NCBI GenBank assembly: GCA_022825885.1
Contig: JAJDVY010000033.1
Coordinates: 10,067-74,066, forward strand
Length of the DNA stretch: 64,000 nt
Direction: 5' to 3'
Source of the DNA: Nitrospirales bacterium
Lineage (GTDB): Bacteria; Nitrospirota; Nitrospiria; Nitrospirales; UBA8639
The notes beneath the pieces are model-generated. The model was not told the DNA's origin and searched no databases. It worked only from the letters and a program-made list of their open reading frames with translations. Within the stretch, counting starts at the first letter, position 1; every line of letters begins with the position of its first letter. Shown in pieces: positions 1 to 8,727 of the stretch. The position numbers and the translations under genes were made by a program.

Positions 1-280
1 TTCGTTCTTCGCATTTAATCCGAAACTCTACGTCGTGAGGTTCTTTCCGGTCGGTCACAACGTTGTATCCGATGGCCTTCAGCCGTGTTTCTGCCGTTGC
101 CAGCAGGCCGGCAGGCGGCACGCGTCCGTTTTCCGTCAGGGCAAGGACGTTGAGGTAGATGGTTTGGATTTTGGCCAATTGCGCCCTTTGCTCGTTCGTG
201 ATGTGGGTTCGGCGCGCCATGCTTTCGGTCGTGAGTGTCACAAGCAATAAAGAGACGAGTATGGCTGATACGTATCTCAT
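1..280 (-). CDS. Secreted HEAT-repeat-like protein, N-terminal part only (gene runs off the window start); paralog of the next gene
   Basis: Absent from the ORF track because there is no stop in the window. Reverse-strand ATG at 280 with AGGAGG (rc of 288-293). The translation MRYVSAILVSLLLVTLTT..ARRTHITNEQRAQLAKIQTIYLNVLALTENG..HDVEFRIKCEER aligns with the N-terminus of the 465..1571 protein. Confidence 0.6.
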   Translation of the reverse strand, partial: MRYVSAILVSLLLVTLTTESMARRTHITNEQRAQLAKIQTIYLNVLALTENGRVPPAGLLATAETRLKAIGYNVVTDRKEPHDVEFRIKCEER

Positions 281-464
281 GATGAATCCTCCTGATAGGA
301 ATCAGGGTGAACCTGAAAAACCGGCAACTGGGATATAAATGATACCGAATAATGGGGGTGCATGAAAAGAGGGGCTCTTGTTATCTCATGGCCGGGTTTC
401 GTGGCACCATGCCCGGTCATACTGCCAATTGCCGTTGCGCTGTGTAGTTACAGGACCTGGCGCG

Positions 465-1571
465 TTAACTGACGTGCCCGTCCAGGTCGAGTTGTTTGTA
501 AGTCCAATTCGCCGCCTCTCGCAGGTTTGCCATTTCTTGTGAGTTATCTCTGATGAGCCAGACCTTCTGGTTCAGCTCATCCATGGGTTCAAGGGAACTC
601 TCGTCTCTCAGTTTGCCGAGGCTCCAGACGACTTCGGTTAAGACCGGAAAATTAATATCGTCGGAAGTATTGAAGTTCTTCAGGGCGGCTTTCAGGTATT
701 CAAGAAGCGGAGGAATTGCCGTAGGGTTCCCACTGCTTCCTGCCACGTCTCCAAGGGCTTTCGCTGCGGCGGCTTGAATCTCGGGTTGCGTTGATGATTG
801 AAAGAGATCGGTGAGAAAAGGAATGGAATCTTCTCCCACGCCGGTGAGTGCCTCCACGGCTTCCTGGGCTAGGTCTTTATCCTGCATCAGCTTGGTTAAA
901 TGAGGGAGTGCCGCTTCGGCTTCGATCTCGCTCAGCGTGGACAGGATAAACAGTTTGCGGATTTTGGGTGTGCCCGTTGCGTCGATCAGTTGTATGAGCC
1001 GGTCTGGTTGCCCCCATTCTGCCGCCAAGAGCACCGGAAAATCATATTGCTTGAGACGTTCGGCCAATTTGGTCAGGGCATAGTCCCCCGCATCTTTCGC
1101 TCCTGCCTCTTGGGCGGCTTCCATGGCATCATGAAAGGTCGTTCGGACTTCCTTATACCATCCGAGGTTTTTCCCATCGACAAGATAGGTCAACAAACAT
1201 GCCGGTCCTTTCCAGAGTCGCGCCGGGGCATCAAGCAGTTCGGCGTCACCTCCCTCTGCGGTGGTGCCGGTCCACGTTTTCCGTTCTTCACATTTCACCT
1301 TGAATTCGATGTCATGCGCTTGTTTGCGGTCGGCAGCCACGGAAAATCCAACTTCTGCAAGCCGCTGAGAGACCAGGGTCTGCAGTTGTTCCGAGTCGGT
1401 TTGTCCTTTTTCGGTCAGGGCAAGCGCGTTCACGAATATGGTTTGAGCTTTCCGGAGCTGTTCCTTTTGTTCCGGAGTGACGTGGGTTCGGCGAGCGGAA
1501 CTTTGAGGGACAAGAATGAGGGAAACGCTGAAGAACGCACAGATTATGACAACCACCGGCCGATTTTTCAT
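465..1571 (-). CDS. Secreted HEAT/armadillo-type repeat protein
   Basis: ORF 465..1601. Start refined to ATG 1571, which is preceded by AGGAGG. It has a hydrophobic signal-like N-terminus (MKNRPVVVIICAFFSVSLILVPQSSA). The C-terminal half has repeated helical A/L/E-rich units (..AQEAVEALTGVG..IQAAAAKALGDVAG..) typical of HEAT-like repeats. Confidence 0.6.
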   Translation of the reverse strand: MKNRPVVVIICAFFSVSLILVPQSSARRTHVTPEQKEQLRKAQTIFVNALALTEKGQTDSEQLQTLVSQRLAEVGFSVAADRKQAHDIEFKVKCEERKTWTGTTAEGGDAELLDAPARLWKGPACLLTYLVDGKNLGWYKEVRTTFHDAMEAAQEAGAKDAGDYALTKLAERLKQYDFPVLLAAEWGQPDRLIQLIDATGTPKIRKLFILSTLSEIEAEAALPHLTKLMQDKDLAQEAVEALTGVGEDSIPFLTDLFQSSTQPEIQAAAAKALGDVAGSSGNPTAIPPLLEYLKAALKNFNTSDDINFPVLTEVVWSLGKLRDESSLEPMDELNQKVWLIRDNSQEMANLREAANWTYKQLDLDGHVS

Positions 1572-1736
1572 AAGAAGCCTCCTTTCGCATGGGGCGGGCA
1601 TGCCGTGAGGGTGGCTGCTTGATCGTGCTTTTTACTATACTCTCGCTTTGCAAAAAAGCAACAAGTCTTCCAATATCTGGTGGTCAGGGTGGATAAGTTG
1701 AATGGGCTTACAATCCACGATATACTTACCGGCATC

Positions 1737-2609
1737 ATGTTAAAGAAAAAGCAAATAGCCGTCATCGGGGCAGGGAACATGGCGGAAGCCATCGTCTCCG
1801 GTTTATTGAAAAAGGGTATTGTTAACGCCAGCCAGATTTGTGCCACGGATGTGGATGCCCAACGATTAACGTATTTCCGCAAGACCTTTAAGGTTCGAGT
1901 TTCTCACAATAATCAAGAGACGGCTATGTCGAGTGATATCATTATGTTGTCAATAAAACCTCAAGTTATGGATAATGTTTTGGGTGGTCTGAAACTGTCT
2001 GGGGGTTCCGGGCAACTTATTATTACCGTGGCGGCGGGGGTTTCCATCGCGACCATTATTTCCGGATTGCATCCCAGGGCTCGTGTCGTCAGGGCCATGC
2101 CCAATACCCCGGCTGTTGTCCTGGAAGGCGCGACGGCCTTGGCCGGCGGCCCCGGGGTGACGACCGACCAAATGAAGGTGGCCAGGGCGGTGTTCGAGGC
2201 CATGGGGCAAGTGGTGGTGGTTGATGAACCGCTCTTGGATGCGGTGACGGGCCTGAGCGGGGGCGGACCTGCATATGTGTACCTGTTTATCGAGGCCTTG
2301 GCCGATGGCGGTGTGAAAATGGGGCTGTCCCGTGCGCATGCCCAACTCCTGGCAGCGCAGACGGTGTTGGGCGCGGCAAAGATGGTTGTCGAAACACGGG
2401 CCCATCCCGGAGTCTTGAAAGATCAGGTCGCTTCCCCCGGCGGGACGACCATCGCCGGATTGCACCGGCTCGAAAAAGGGCGATTGCGAGGAACGGTGAT
2501 CGGCGCCGTGGAAGCCGCCACCCTTCGTTGTCGGGAGTTAGGACAAGAGGCTATGGTCTCACGGGAATCCTCTGCCATATCCCGGACGGTGAAGCGGACC
2601 GTGGCGTGA
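1737..2609 (+). CDS. proC: Pyrroline-5-carboxylate reductase
   Basis: ORF 1680..2609. Start refined to ATG 1737 (MLKKKQIAVIGAGNMAEAIVSGL, a Rossmann motif). It shows conserved P5CR blocks (MPNTPA, SGGGPAY, SPGGTTIAGL). Confidence 0.9.
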   Translation: MLKKKQIAVIGAGNMAEAIVSGLLKKGIVNASQICATDVDAQRLTYFRKTFKVRVSHNNQETAMSSDIIMLSIKPQVMDNVLGGLKLSGGSGQLIITVAAGVSIATIISGLHPRARVVRAMPNTPAVVLEGATALAGGPGVTTDQMKVARAVFEAMGQVVVVDEPLLDAVTGLSGGGPAYVYLFIEALADGGVKMGLSRAHAQLLAAQTVLGAAKMVVETRAHPGVLKDQVASPGGTTIAGLHRLEKGRLRGTVIGAVEAATLRCRELGQEAMVSRESSAISRTVKRTVA

Positions 2610-2691
2610 AGTTGCCGCCAAGGTGCGCGACGGAAAACCGTCTTGGTACAGGACAATTCAAGCGGGTGTGAAGAGAAGAAAGGAGTCAATT

Positions 2692-2880
2692 GTGCAGTAT
2701 TGGGTCAAAGTGGTGTTTACCGATAATCAGGAACTCATGGTCAATGATGCTCTGCGTCATACGATCAGCGATGATATGGAAATCCTGGAAATTGACACTC
2801 CCAAGGAAGTCATCATTATTCCCCTCAAGCAATTGAAGTATTTTTCGTGTGATGCCGTGGTCTTCAGTCATAAGAAATAG
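2692..2880 (+). CDS. Small hypothetical protein (62 aa)
   Basis: In-frame GTG at 2692, preceded by AAAGGAG within ORF 2623..2880. I recognise no family. Confidence 0.35.
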   Translation: MQYWVKVVFTDNQELMVNDALRHTISDDMEILEIDTPKEVIIIPLKQLKYFSCDAVVFSHKK

Positions 2881-2968
2881 CCGGAGCCAATTGCGGAAGC
2901 GTCATCGACGGGTTTTCGCGATGCGTGAAACGATAGACCGTTTCATGAAGATACCGTAGGGCACAGGT

Positions 2969-3598
2969 ATGGAAAGACGAGTCACATCCCATACTGAGGA
3001 AGAGGAAATGAATCAGCGCCGTCACTTGCTGGCGCTGGCTCGGAAAGGGGACCAAAAGGCCGTCAATCAACTCATGGAGTTGTATCAGGTTCGGGTCTAC
3101 AGCGGGGACAGTCTCAAGTCCCTGAAAATTCGCAAATCACTTCCGGTTTTGAGTCCTCCAAAGCCCAAGGAAACGCCTTCCTCTTCCAAGGCAAAGCCCG
3201 TCAAGAGACACAAAGCACCGGCAAAACAATCTAAACCGGCAGCGAAAGAACCGGCAGCGAAATCGACACGGTCTGCGACTGCAAAAGCTGCTCCGAAATC
3301 TTCGTCATCGAAGGCGAAAACGAAAACTTCTCCTGAAAAACAGGTCAAGTCTCCGAAGCCCGCACGCCAAGCGAAGGCATCCCTGAAGAAGGCTCAACCT
3401 TCCTCCAGGAAAGTTTCTCCCCAGGCTTCTTTGCAAGGTGCGGCGAAAAAGCGGGGCAAGCACAAACCCGCCCTCAAGTCGCACGTGCAGTCCCGTACTC
3501 CAGTGAAATCCAAGGCGAAAACCCAAATCAAAGGGAAAACGAAGGCCACGAGTAAAGCAAGATCCGCTCCGGTCTCAAAAACGAAACGATCTCGTTGA
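2969..3598 (+). CDS. Lysine-rich histone H1-like / AlgP-like DNA-binding protein with a short helical N-terminal domain
   Basis: 209-aa ORF. After about 60 residues (..LLALARKGDQKAVNQLMELYQVRVY..) the rest is low-complexity K/A/P/S/T (KPKETPSSSKAKPVKRHKAPAKQSKPAAKEPAAK...). The start may instead be M14 (3008). Confidence 0.5.
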   Translation: MERRVTSHTEEEEMNQRRHLLALARKGDQKAVNQLMELYQVRVYSGDSLKSLKIRKSLPVLSPPKPKETPSSSKAKPVKRHKAPAKQSKPAAKEPAAKSTRSATAKAAPKSSSSKAKTKTSPEKQVKSPKPARQAKASLKKAQPSSRKVSPQASLQGAAKKRGKHKPALKSHVQSRTPVKSKAKTQIKGKTKATSKARSAPVSKTKRSR

Positions 3599-3706
3599 CC
3601 GGGATGTTTTGACAACTGCCGGAAAAAACGCGTTTCAACGTTTCACGCCGGAAAAACGGCACCTTGACCCTTTGGCCAAAAAGAAATCAACGCGATCGGA
3701 TATTGC

Positions 3707-4003
3707 TTAGCGAACGGCGACTCGCAACCCGCCGGCTGCAAGTTTTTGGGCTATCGTTTCAGCCGTCTTCTGAGTTCCTTGGTAGACTTGGGCGTTTCCG
3801 TGATGGTCGATCCGCCAAGCCAGCTCAAAGGCTTTGGACGAAGTCATACCGGGAATATACCGACAAAACAAGTCGATGACTTGTTGATACGTGTGACAAT
3901 CGCAATTATACACGATCACCTCAGCTTCAAAGTCACGGTCGGCACCCTGACTGGTTTCCTGTTCCGTGACTTCCGTCACTTCTGCGGCGGGAAGATTGCT
4001 CAT
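3707..4003 (-). CDS. clpS: ATP-dependent Clp protease adaptor ClpS-like protein
   Basis: 98 aa. The core VIVYNCDCHTYQQVIDLFCRYIPGMTSSKAFELAWRIDHHGNAQVYQG..ETIAQKL matches the ClpS fold pattern (VILxNDxxxxxxxV..L......A......H..G.A.V). Confidence 0.6.
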   Translation of the reverse strand: MSNLPAAEVTEVTEQETSQGADRDFEAEVIVYNCDCHTYQQVIDLFCRYIPGMTSSKAFELAWRIDHHGNAQVYQGTQKTAETIAQKLAAGGLRVAVR

Positions 4004-4111
4004 ACGGTGTGCAGATAACGTCGCATTGTACCTGTGAAGGGTCCATCACACAATACAGGGATGCGATTTGAGCGTTGCATTACGTTTGCATAACGGAGAG
4101 AGGGAAGGGCC

Positions 4112-5119
4112 TTGAGTAGAACCCTATTAGTGACGGGGGCAGCGGGATTTATCGGAAGCCACACCGTCCAGGCTTTGGCGGCCCGGGGAGACCGGGTTGT
4201 GGGTATGGACAACCTGAACGACTATTATGACCCGGCCAGGAAACGCGCCAATTTGGATGAAGTCTGCCGGACATTGACTCAATGTGGCCAAGAAGAAGCC
4301 TTTACGTTTATCCAAGGAGACATCCGAAACCGACAAACCGTGGAAGAGATCTTCTCATCCCATGAGATTGATGGAATTATCCACCTGGCCGCGATGGCCG
4401 GCGTTCGAGTGTCGATTGAGAAGCCGCATCTCTACTTCGACGTGAATGTCAACGGCACGCTGAACCTGCTGGAGGCCGCCATCGGAAGGATTGGGCGACG
4501 GGTCCGGTGTGCGTCATTCCCCACTTTCGTGTTTGCTTCGACCTCGTCCGTTTATGGCGACACGGAAACAATTCCTTTTCGGGAAAACGATTCCTGTGGC
4601 CGTCCCTTGGCACCCTATGCCGCCAGCAAGAAGGCCGGGGAATTGTTGGGTCATTCGTATCATCACGTGTATGGGTTGCCGTTTACGGCGCTCAGGTTTT
4701 TTACGGTCTATGGTCCGCGGGGGCGTCCGGATATGATGGCCTACAAGGTGTTGGATAACATCTTTTTCGGGCATGACGTCCCGCTGTATCATTCGGGGAA
4801 CATGCACCGGGACTGGACGTTTGTGAACGATGTCGTCCAGGGCGTGGTCAGTGCCGTCGACCGGCCGTTTGGATACGAGGTCATCAACCTCGGACGAGGC
4901 GAGCCCGTTTCATTGGCTGAGTTTGTACAAGTGATCGAAGAATGTGTCGGACAAAAAGCCAATGTTGTTTCCGCTCCCATGCCGCAAGCCGACGTTGCTT
5001 CCACTTGTGCCGATATTTCGAAAGCACAGGAATTATTGGATTATGCTCCGCAAATCCAGGTGCGCGAAGGAATCACCTTGTTTTGGTCGTGGTATAAGAA
5101 GTACGTGTTGGGTCAATGA
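4112..5119 (+). CDS. NAD-dependent sugar-nucleotide epimerase/dehydratase (UDP-glucuronate 4-epimerase-like)
   Basis: It has the LVTGAAGFIGSH Rossmann motif and the YAASKKAGE (YxxxK) catalytic motif, and is 335 aa long. TTG start at 4112 after GGAGAGAGGGA. Confidence 0.8.
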   Translation: MSRTLLVTGAAGFIGSHTVQALAARGDRVVGMDNLNDYYDPARKRANLDEVCRTLTQCGQEEAFTFIQGDIRNRQTVEEIFSSHEIDGIIHLAAMAGVRVSIEKPHLYFDVNVNGTLNLLEAAIGRIGRRVRCASFPTFVFASTSSVYGDTETIPFRENDSCGRPLAPYAASKKAGELLGHSYHHVYGLPFTALRFFTVYGPRGRPDMMAYKVLDNIFFGHDVPLYHSGNMHRDWTFVNDVVQGVVSAVDRPFGYEVINLGRGEPVSLAEFVQVIEECVGQKANVVSAPMPQADVASTCADISKAQELLDYAPQIQVREGITLFWSWYKKYVLGQ

Positions 5120-5143
5120 AGACGACGGCCAGCGTGTGAATTC

Positions 5144-5172
5144 TTGCCACTCCGGTCACGTGATGATAGAGT
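5144..5172 (+). promoter_or_regulatory. Candidate sigma70 promoter of tRNA-Leu
   Basis: TTGCCA (5144-5149), a 17-nt spacer, then TAGAGT (5167-5172), ending 11 nt before the tRNA 5' end. Confidence 0.4.
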
Positions 5173-5183
5173 GAGTTTCCCGT

Positions 5184-5272
5184 GCTGGAGTGGTGAAACA
5201 GGCAGACACCCGGGACTTAAAATCCCGTGCTTCGCAAGAAGCGTGCCGGTTCAAGTCCGGCCTCCAGCACCA
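5184..5272 (+). tRNA. tRNA-Leu (anticodon UAA)
   Basis: Hand-folded. Acceptor stem GCTGGAG/CTCCAGC. Anticodon stem CGGGA/TCCCG with loop CTTAAAA (anticodon TAA). It has the long variable arm of a class II tRNA, T-arm GCCGG-TTCAAGT-CCGGC, discriminator A and an encoded CCA. Confidence 0.9.
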
Positions 5273-5289
5273 CCTTTCTGCAAGTGGCG

Positions 5290-6294
5290 TTACTTTGTTC
5301 CAACGACCATGGATTCGGGGCCGGCCAGGTGTTCGACGCGCGTTTCCCGAAAACCGGCTTCTTTCATCCATCGGCAACAATCCGCGCCCGTATAGTCGAA
5401 TCCGCCCGGGAGTTCGATGAGCATATTGAGGCTCATGAGCAAGCCGAACGCATTCTTGCGGCGTTCGTCGTCAATGATCCCTTCAAAGACCAGCAGGACG
5501 CCACCGTCTGGTAATGCGTCATAGGCCTTTTGGATTAACGTCTTTTTTTGCGACAAATTCCAGTCGTGGAGGATGTGCCCCATGGAAAGCACGTCGGCGG
5601 AAGGCAGGTCATCGGCAAAGAAGTCTCCGGGGATAAATTTGAATCGATCTTCCAACCCGAATGAGGCCACGTATTCCTCGAAGATGGGGCCGGTGACGGG
5701 AAGGTCGAACCCTCCTCCGGTGATATGCGAATGCGCTTTGCCGACTTCGACGACCAAGCCGCCTTGAGCCGAGCCGATGTCGATCAGGGTTCGATGGTCT
5801 TGCCAGGGAAACTTTTGCGCAATGGCTTTGCTTGAGCCCATGCTGATGCCGGTCATGGCTTGCATGAAGCTCGACAGCTTGGCCGGGTCGCCATACAGGA
5901 TTTCAAAAAAATTCCCTCCGTTTTTGGCTTCGTTTTGGGGGCGTCCGGTTTTCAACCCCTCGGTCAGAGAGCCCCAAAATCCATACAGCCGGTCGTTCAC
6001 CATCACCAGGAATCCGCCGATATATGACGGTTTGGCTTTATCGAGAAACAGGTCCGTCTCCGGGGTATTGGAATAGAGCCCGTCATGTCGGTCCAGCATG
6101 CCCAAGGCCACCAACGCGTCAAAAAAATCCAGGGTGCTCCGTTCATGCAGGTCCAGTCGCTTTCGCAAGGTTTCGGCATCCATCGGGCCTGTTGCCAAAA
6201 TCGTGAAAACCTCAAGTTCGACGGCGCTCAACAACGTCTTGGCACCCCAGAACGCCATGCCCAAGTGCAGAATTTTTTCAGGAGTAAGGTTCAT
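5290..6294 (-). CDS. Class I SAM-dependent O-methyltransferase (with N-terminal dimerisation domain)
   Basis: 334 aa with SAM motif [10 protein letters not shown]. The overall pattern matches the O-methyltransferase family 2 (CrtF / ASMT-like). Confidence 0.75.
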   Translation of the reverse strand: MNLTPEKILHLGMAFWGAKTLLSAVELEVFTILATGPMDAETLRKRLDLHERSTLDFFDALVALGMLDRHDGLYSNTPETDLFLDKAKPSYIGGFLVMVNDRLYGFWGSLTEGLKTGRPQNEAKNGGNFFEILYGDPAKLSSFMQAMTGISMGSSKAIAQKFPWQDHRTLIDIGSAQGGLVVEVGKAHSHITGGGFDLPVTGPIFEEYVASFGLEDRFKFIPGDFFADDLPSADVLSMGHILHDWNLSQKKTLIQKAYDALPDGGVLLVFEGIIDDERRKNAFGLLMSLNMLIELPGGFDYTGADCCRWMKEAGFRETRVEHLAGPESMVVGTK

Positions 6295-6498
6295 GTGTGT
6301 GCCTCCGGACTATTGTTGATGCGTGACGGTGAGCCTCTGCGAAGAATTCGGTGCTGTCACGACGTGACGTTGTATCGCGAATGAGTTGTCATGATCAAGA
6401 ATCCATCGGCCGGTACGGATGGATGACGATGGAGAAATGCCGGTGGCGTTGAGTGCCGGCTGATTCGGCGTTACACTTCAGGTCAGGGAGTCGGACCA

Positions 6499-7674
6499 AT
6501 GACGAGAGTCACTGATTTCAAGAAAACCCTTGGGCGGATTCCGCTTGAAGGTCTGGGCGTCTACGTGCACGTTCCCTTTTGTCGGGTGCGTTGCCGGTTT
6601 TGCGCGTTTTATATGGAACGGCCAGGAGCAGACCGCGTTCAAGCGTTTATGGACGGGGTGGCGCATGAACTTCACCTGTATGCCCATGCACTGGGACTCC
6701 GCAGGATTCCGGTACAAACGATTTATTTTGGAGGAGGAACTCCGACGACGCTGACTTCGCAGCAACTCATTTTGATCTTGAATAACATCCGATACTGGTT
6801 TGCGGTTGAAGACGATGCAGAGTTGTCCATAGAAGTGCATCCGGGTACGGTCACTCCCGAGAGCCTTGGAACCCTCCGGCAAGCCGGGTTTACGCGGCTG
6901 AGCGTGGGGGTGCAATCGTTTGACCGGAATGAACTCCGGGAGTTGGGAGGACGAATGTTTGGCGGAGGAGTCGGGCAAGCGATTGCCTGGGCGCGGTCCG
7001 CGGGCTTTACGGATATTTCACTTGATTTGATGTACGGTTTTCCCGGACATTCGATGGAATCATGGCAACGGACTCTGGACGAAGCTCTGGCTCTTTCACC
7101 CACCCATCTCTCCTGTTATGCCTACACGTTGGAAGAAGGATCGCCGTTTCATCGGGAAATTGTGCAGGGAAAGGGATCAACGCCGGGCCAGGAATTTCAG
7201 GTGACCCTGGAAGAGAGAGCCATCGAACGTTTGGTCGCTGCAGGATTTGAGCGATACGAAATTTCCAATTACTGTCGGCCCGGGTATGCCTGTCGTCATA
7301 ATATGCGGTACTGGCAAGTCCGGCCTTATCTCGGACTTGGTCCGAGTGCGCAATCCTGTCTTGGCCATATCCGGTTTGGAAACGTGGCAGATTTGGAAGG
7401 GTATGCCGATTCCTTGAAGAGAGGAGCGTTGCCAATGGACGAAATCACGTGTTTATCCCCTGACCAGGTAGACCGTGAACGGGTTATATGGGGTTTGCGG
7501 ATGTTATCCGGAGTACCGGTCAGGATGAAAGCAACGGAGCAGAAAGCGGCCTTTCTCCAAACAATTCACCGATTGGGAGAGGAAGGGTTGTTGCGAGTCG
7601 AAGGGCAGGGACGAGTGCGATTGACCGATCTGGGTATTCGTTATGCTGATACCGTGGCTGTGGCATTGCTGTGA
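6499..7674 (+). CDS. hemW: Radical SAM heme chaperone HemW / oxygen-independent coproporphyrinogen oxidase-like protein
   Basis: VYVHVPFCRVRCRFCAFY carries the CxxxCxxC cluster motif. The GGGTPT block is present. The 391-aa length fits HemW better than HemN. Confidence 0.8.
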   Translation: MTRVTDFKKTLGRIPLEGLGVYVHVPFCRVRCRFCAFYMERPGADRVQAFMDGVAHELHLYAHALGLRRIPVQTIYFGGGTPTTLTSQQLILILNNIRYWFAVEDDAELSIEVHPGTVTPESLGTLRQAGFTRLSVGVQSFDRNELRELGGRMFGGGVGQAIAWARSAGFTDISLDLMYGFPGHSMESWQRTLDEALALSPTHLSCYAYTLEEGSPFHREIVQGKGSTPGQEFQVTLEERAIERLVAAGFERYEISNYCRPGYACRHNMRYWQVRPYLGLGPSAQSCLGHIRFGNVADLEGYADSLKRGALPMDEITCLSPDQVDRERVIWGLRMLSGVPVRMKATEQKAAFLQTIHRLGEEGLLRVEGQGRVRLTDLGIRYADTVAVALL

Positions 7675-7810
7675 AATAACCGCATTCCGTTCTTCCCGAC
7701 GCGAGAGATCGGGAATCCGGCGATTCAAGTGAATTGCACGAAAAATAGGCAATCCATTTGAGAGCCCATGGTTTCTGAATGGATGGATCTTATCAACATG
7801 TTCGTCCACA

Positions 7811-8079
7811 TGTAATTAATAAAACTTGAGGAAAGAATCCCATATTTTCCTCTAATTCAAATACGCCAATAAAAATTACTGTATTAATTTAATTATTGAA
7901 TAAAACTTATTGTATAAAAAGATTATTAATCTTGTACAAGATGGAATGAATTTCAGGCATGGTCGATCAAAGTCCAAATAGTTTCAATGACAGCATTGAA
8001 GCTGTTATTGATATTTTGAGAATATTATCAACAGCAATAAATGAGGCATTTGATGTCTGGATAATTCAAGAGAATGGTT
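7811..8079. other. Extremely AT-rich non-coding island
   Basis: No ORF of 60 aa or more. Positions 7861-7920 contain only 9 G/C in 60 nt, and the flanking genes are far more GC-rich. Confidence 0.8.
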
Positions 8080-8601
8080 TCACGTGTTCCATAATGCCTT
8101 GAAACCCCACAGGATCAAGGCAAGCGTACCAATGGAAATGCCAAACGTCCCTGCCAGCAATCCAATGGCGAACAGCCAGTCTCCGGGAGTCGCGTGGGTT
8201 GTTCGTTTACTGGTATAACGCCGCAACAATCTCGCATTTTTCAGGTTGCTTCGAAACCAGATTGAAAACGCGTCGCCGAGGCCGGGAATGGTGCCAATCA
8301 GGGTGTTGACCCCCATGTTTAAGGCCATCCTGACGACCACGATTTTAGGTACTTGAAGTTTGACGGCGAGGAGCAGAATTGTAGACCCAATAAAATTGGC
8401 GATCCAGTCACCGAGCCCCGGAATGAGCCCCAACAGGGCATCCAATCCGACCCGGATGGAAGTGCCGGGAATATGCACGACTGAATCGAGCAGGCGAGCG
8501 AGAGAGTCAGCGGAATCGCGCAGGGCTTCTCGTTGCCGTTCCTGTTCGTCGTCGAGAACGGGCTTTGCGTGTTGTTGAGGAAAAGCGGAGTCGTCGGCCA
8601 T
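8080..8601 (-). CDS. DUF4112 domain membrane protein
   Basis: Duplicated IPG(L/T)GD motifs (LIPGLGDWIANF.. and TIPGLGDAFSIWFRSNLKNARLL), characteristic of DUF4112. Hydrophobic segments are present. Confidence 0.65.
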   Translation of the reverse strand: MADDSAFPQQHAKPVLDDEQERQREALRDSADSLARLLDSVVHIPGTSIRVGLDALLGLIPGLGDWIANFIGSTILLLAVKLQVPKIVVVRMALNMGVNTLIGTIPGLGDAFSIWFRSNLKNARLLRRYTSKRTTHATPGDWLFAIGLLAGTFGISIGTLALILWGFKALWNT

Positions 8602-8727
8602 GGAATTTCAAGGACAATGGATGCGGGATTGTTTTAACAAAGCGGGCGCTTTGTCAAGACCCGGAGAAAGCCTTGCCGGCTTGGCGTACCCCAAACCGGC
8701 AGCGCCGCCCTTGCAGAACGTACGTCC

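Noticed and set aside
900-1622. 240-aa plus-strand ORF, and ORF 35-250, opposite the HEAT-repeat genes
   Set aside because: They are antisense to two paralogous minus-strand genes whose mutual similarity supports the minus frames.
7959-8102. 47-codon AT-rich ORF in the AT island
   Set aside because: It has no RBS, overlaps the DUF4112 3' end, and an open frame of this length is easily produced by chance. It is mentioned only within the AT-island finding.
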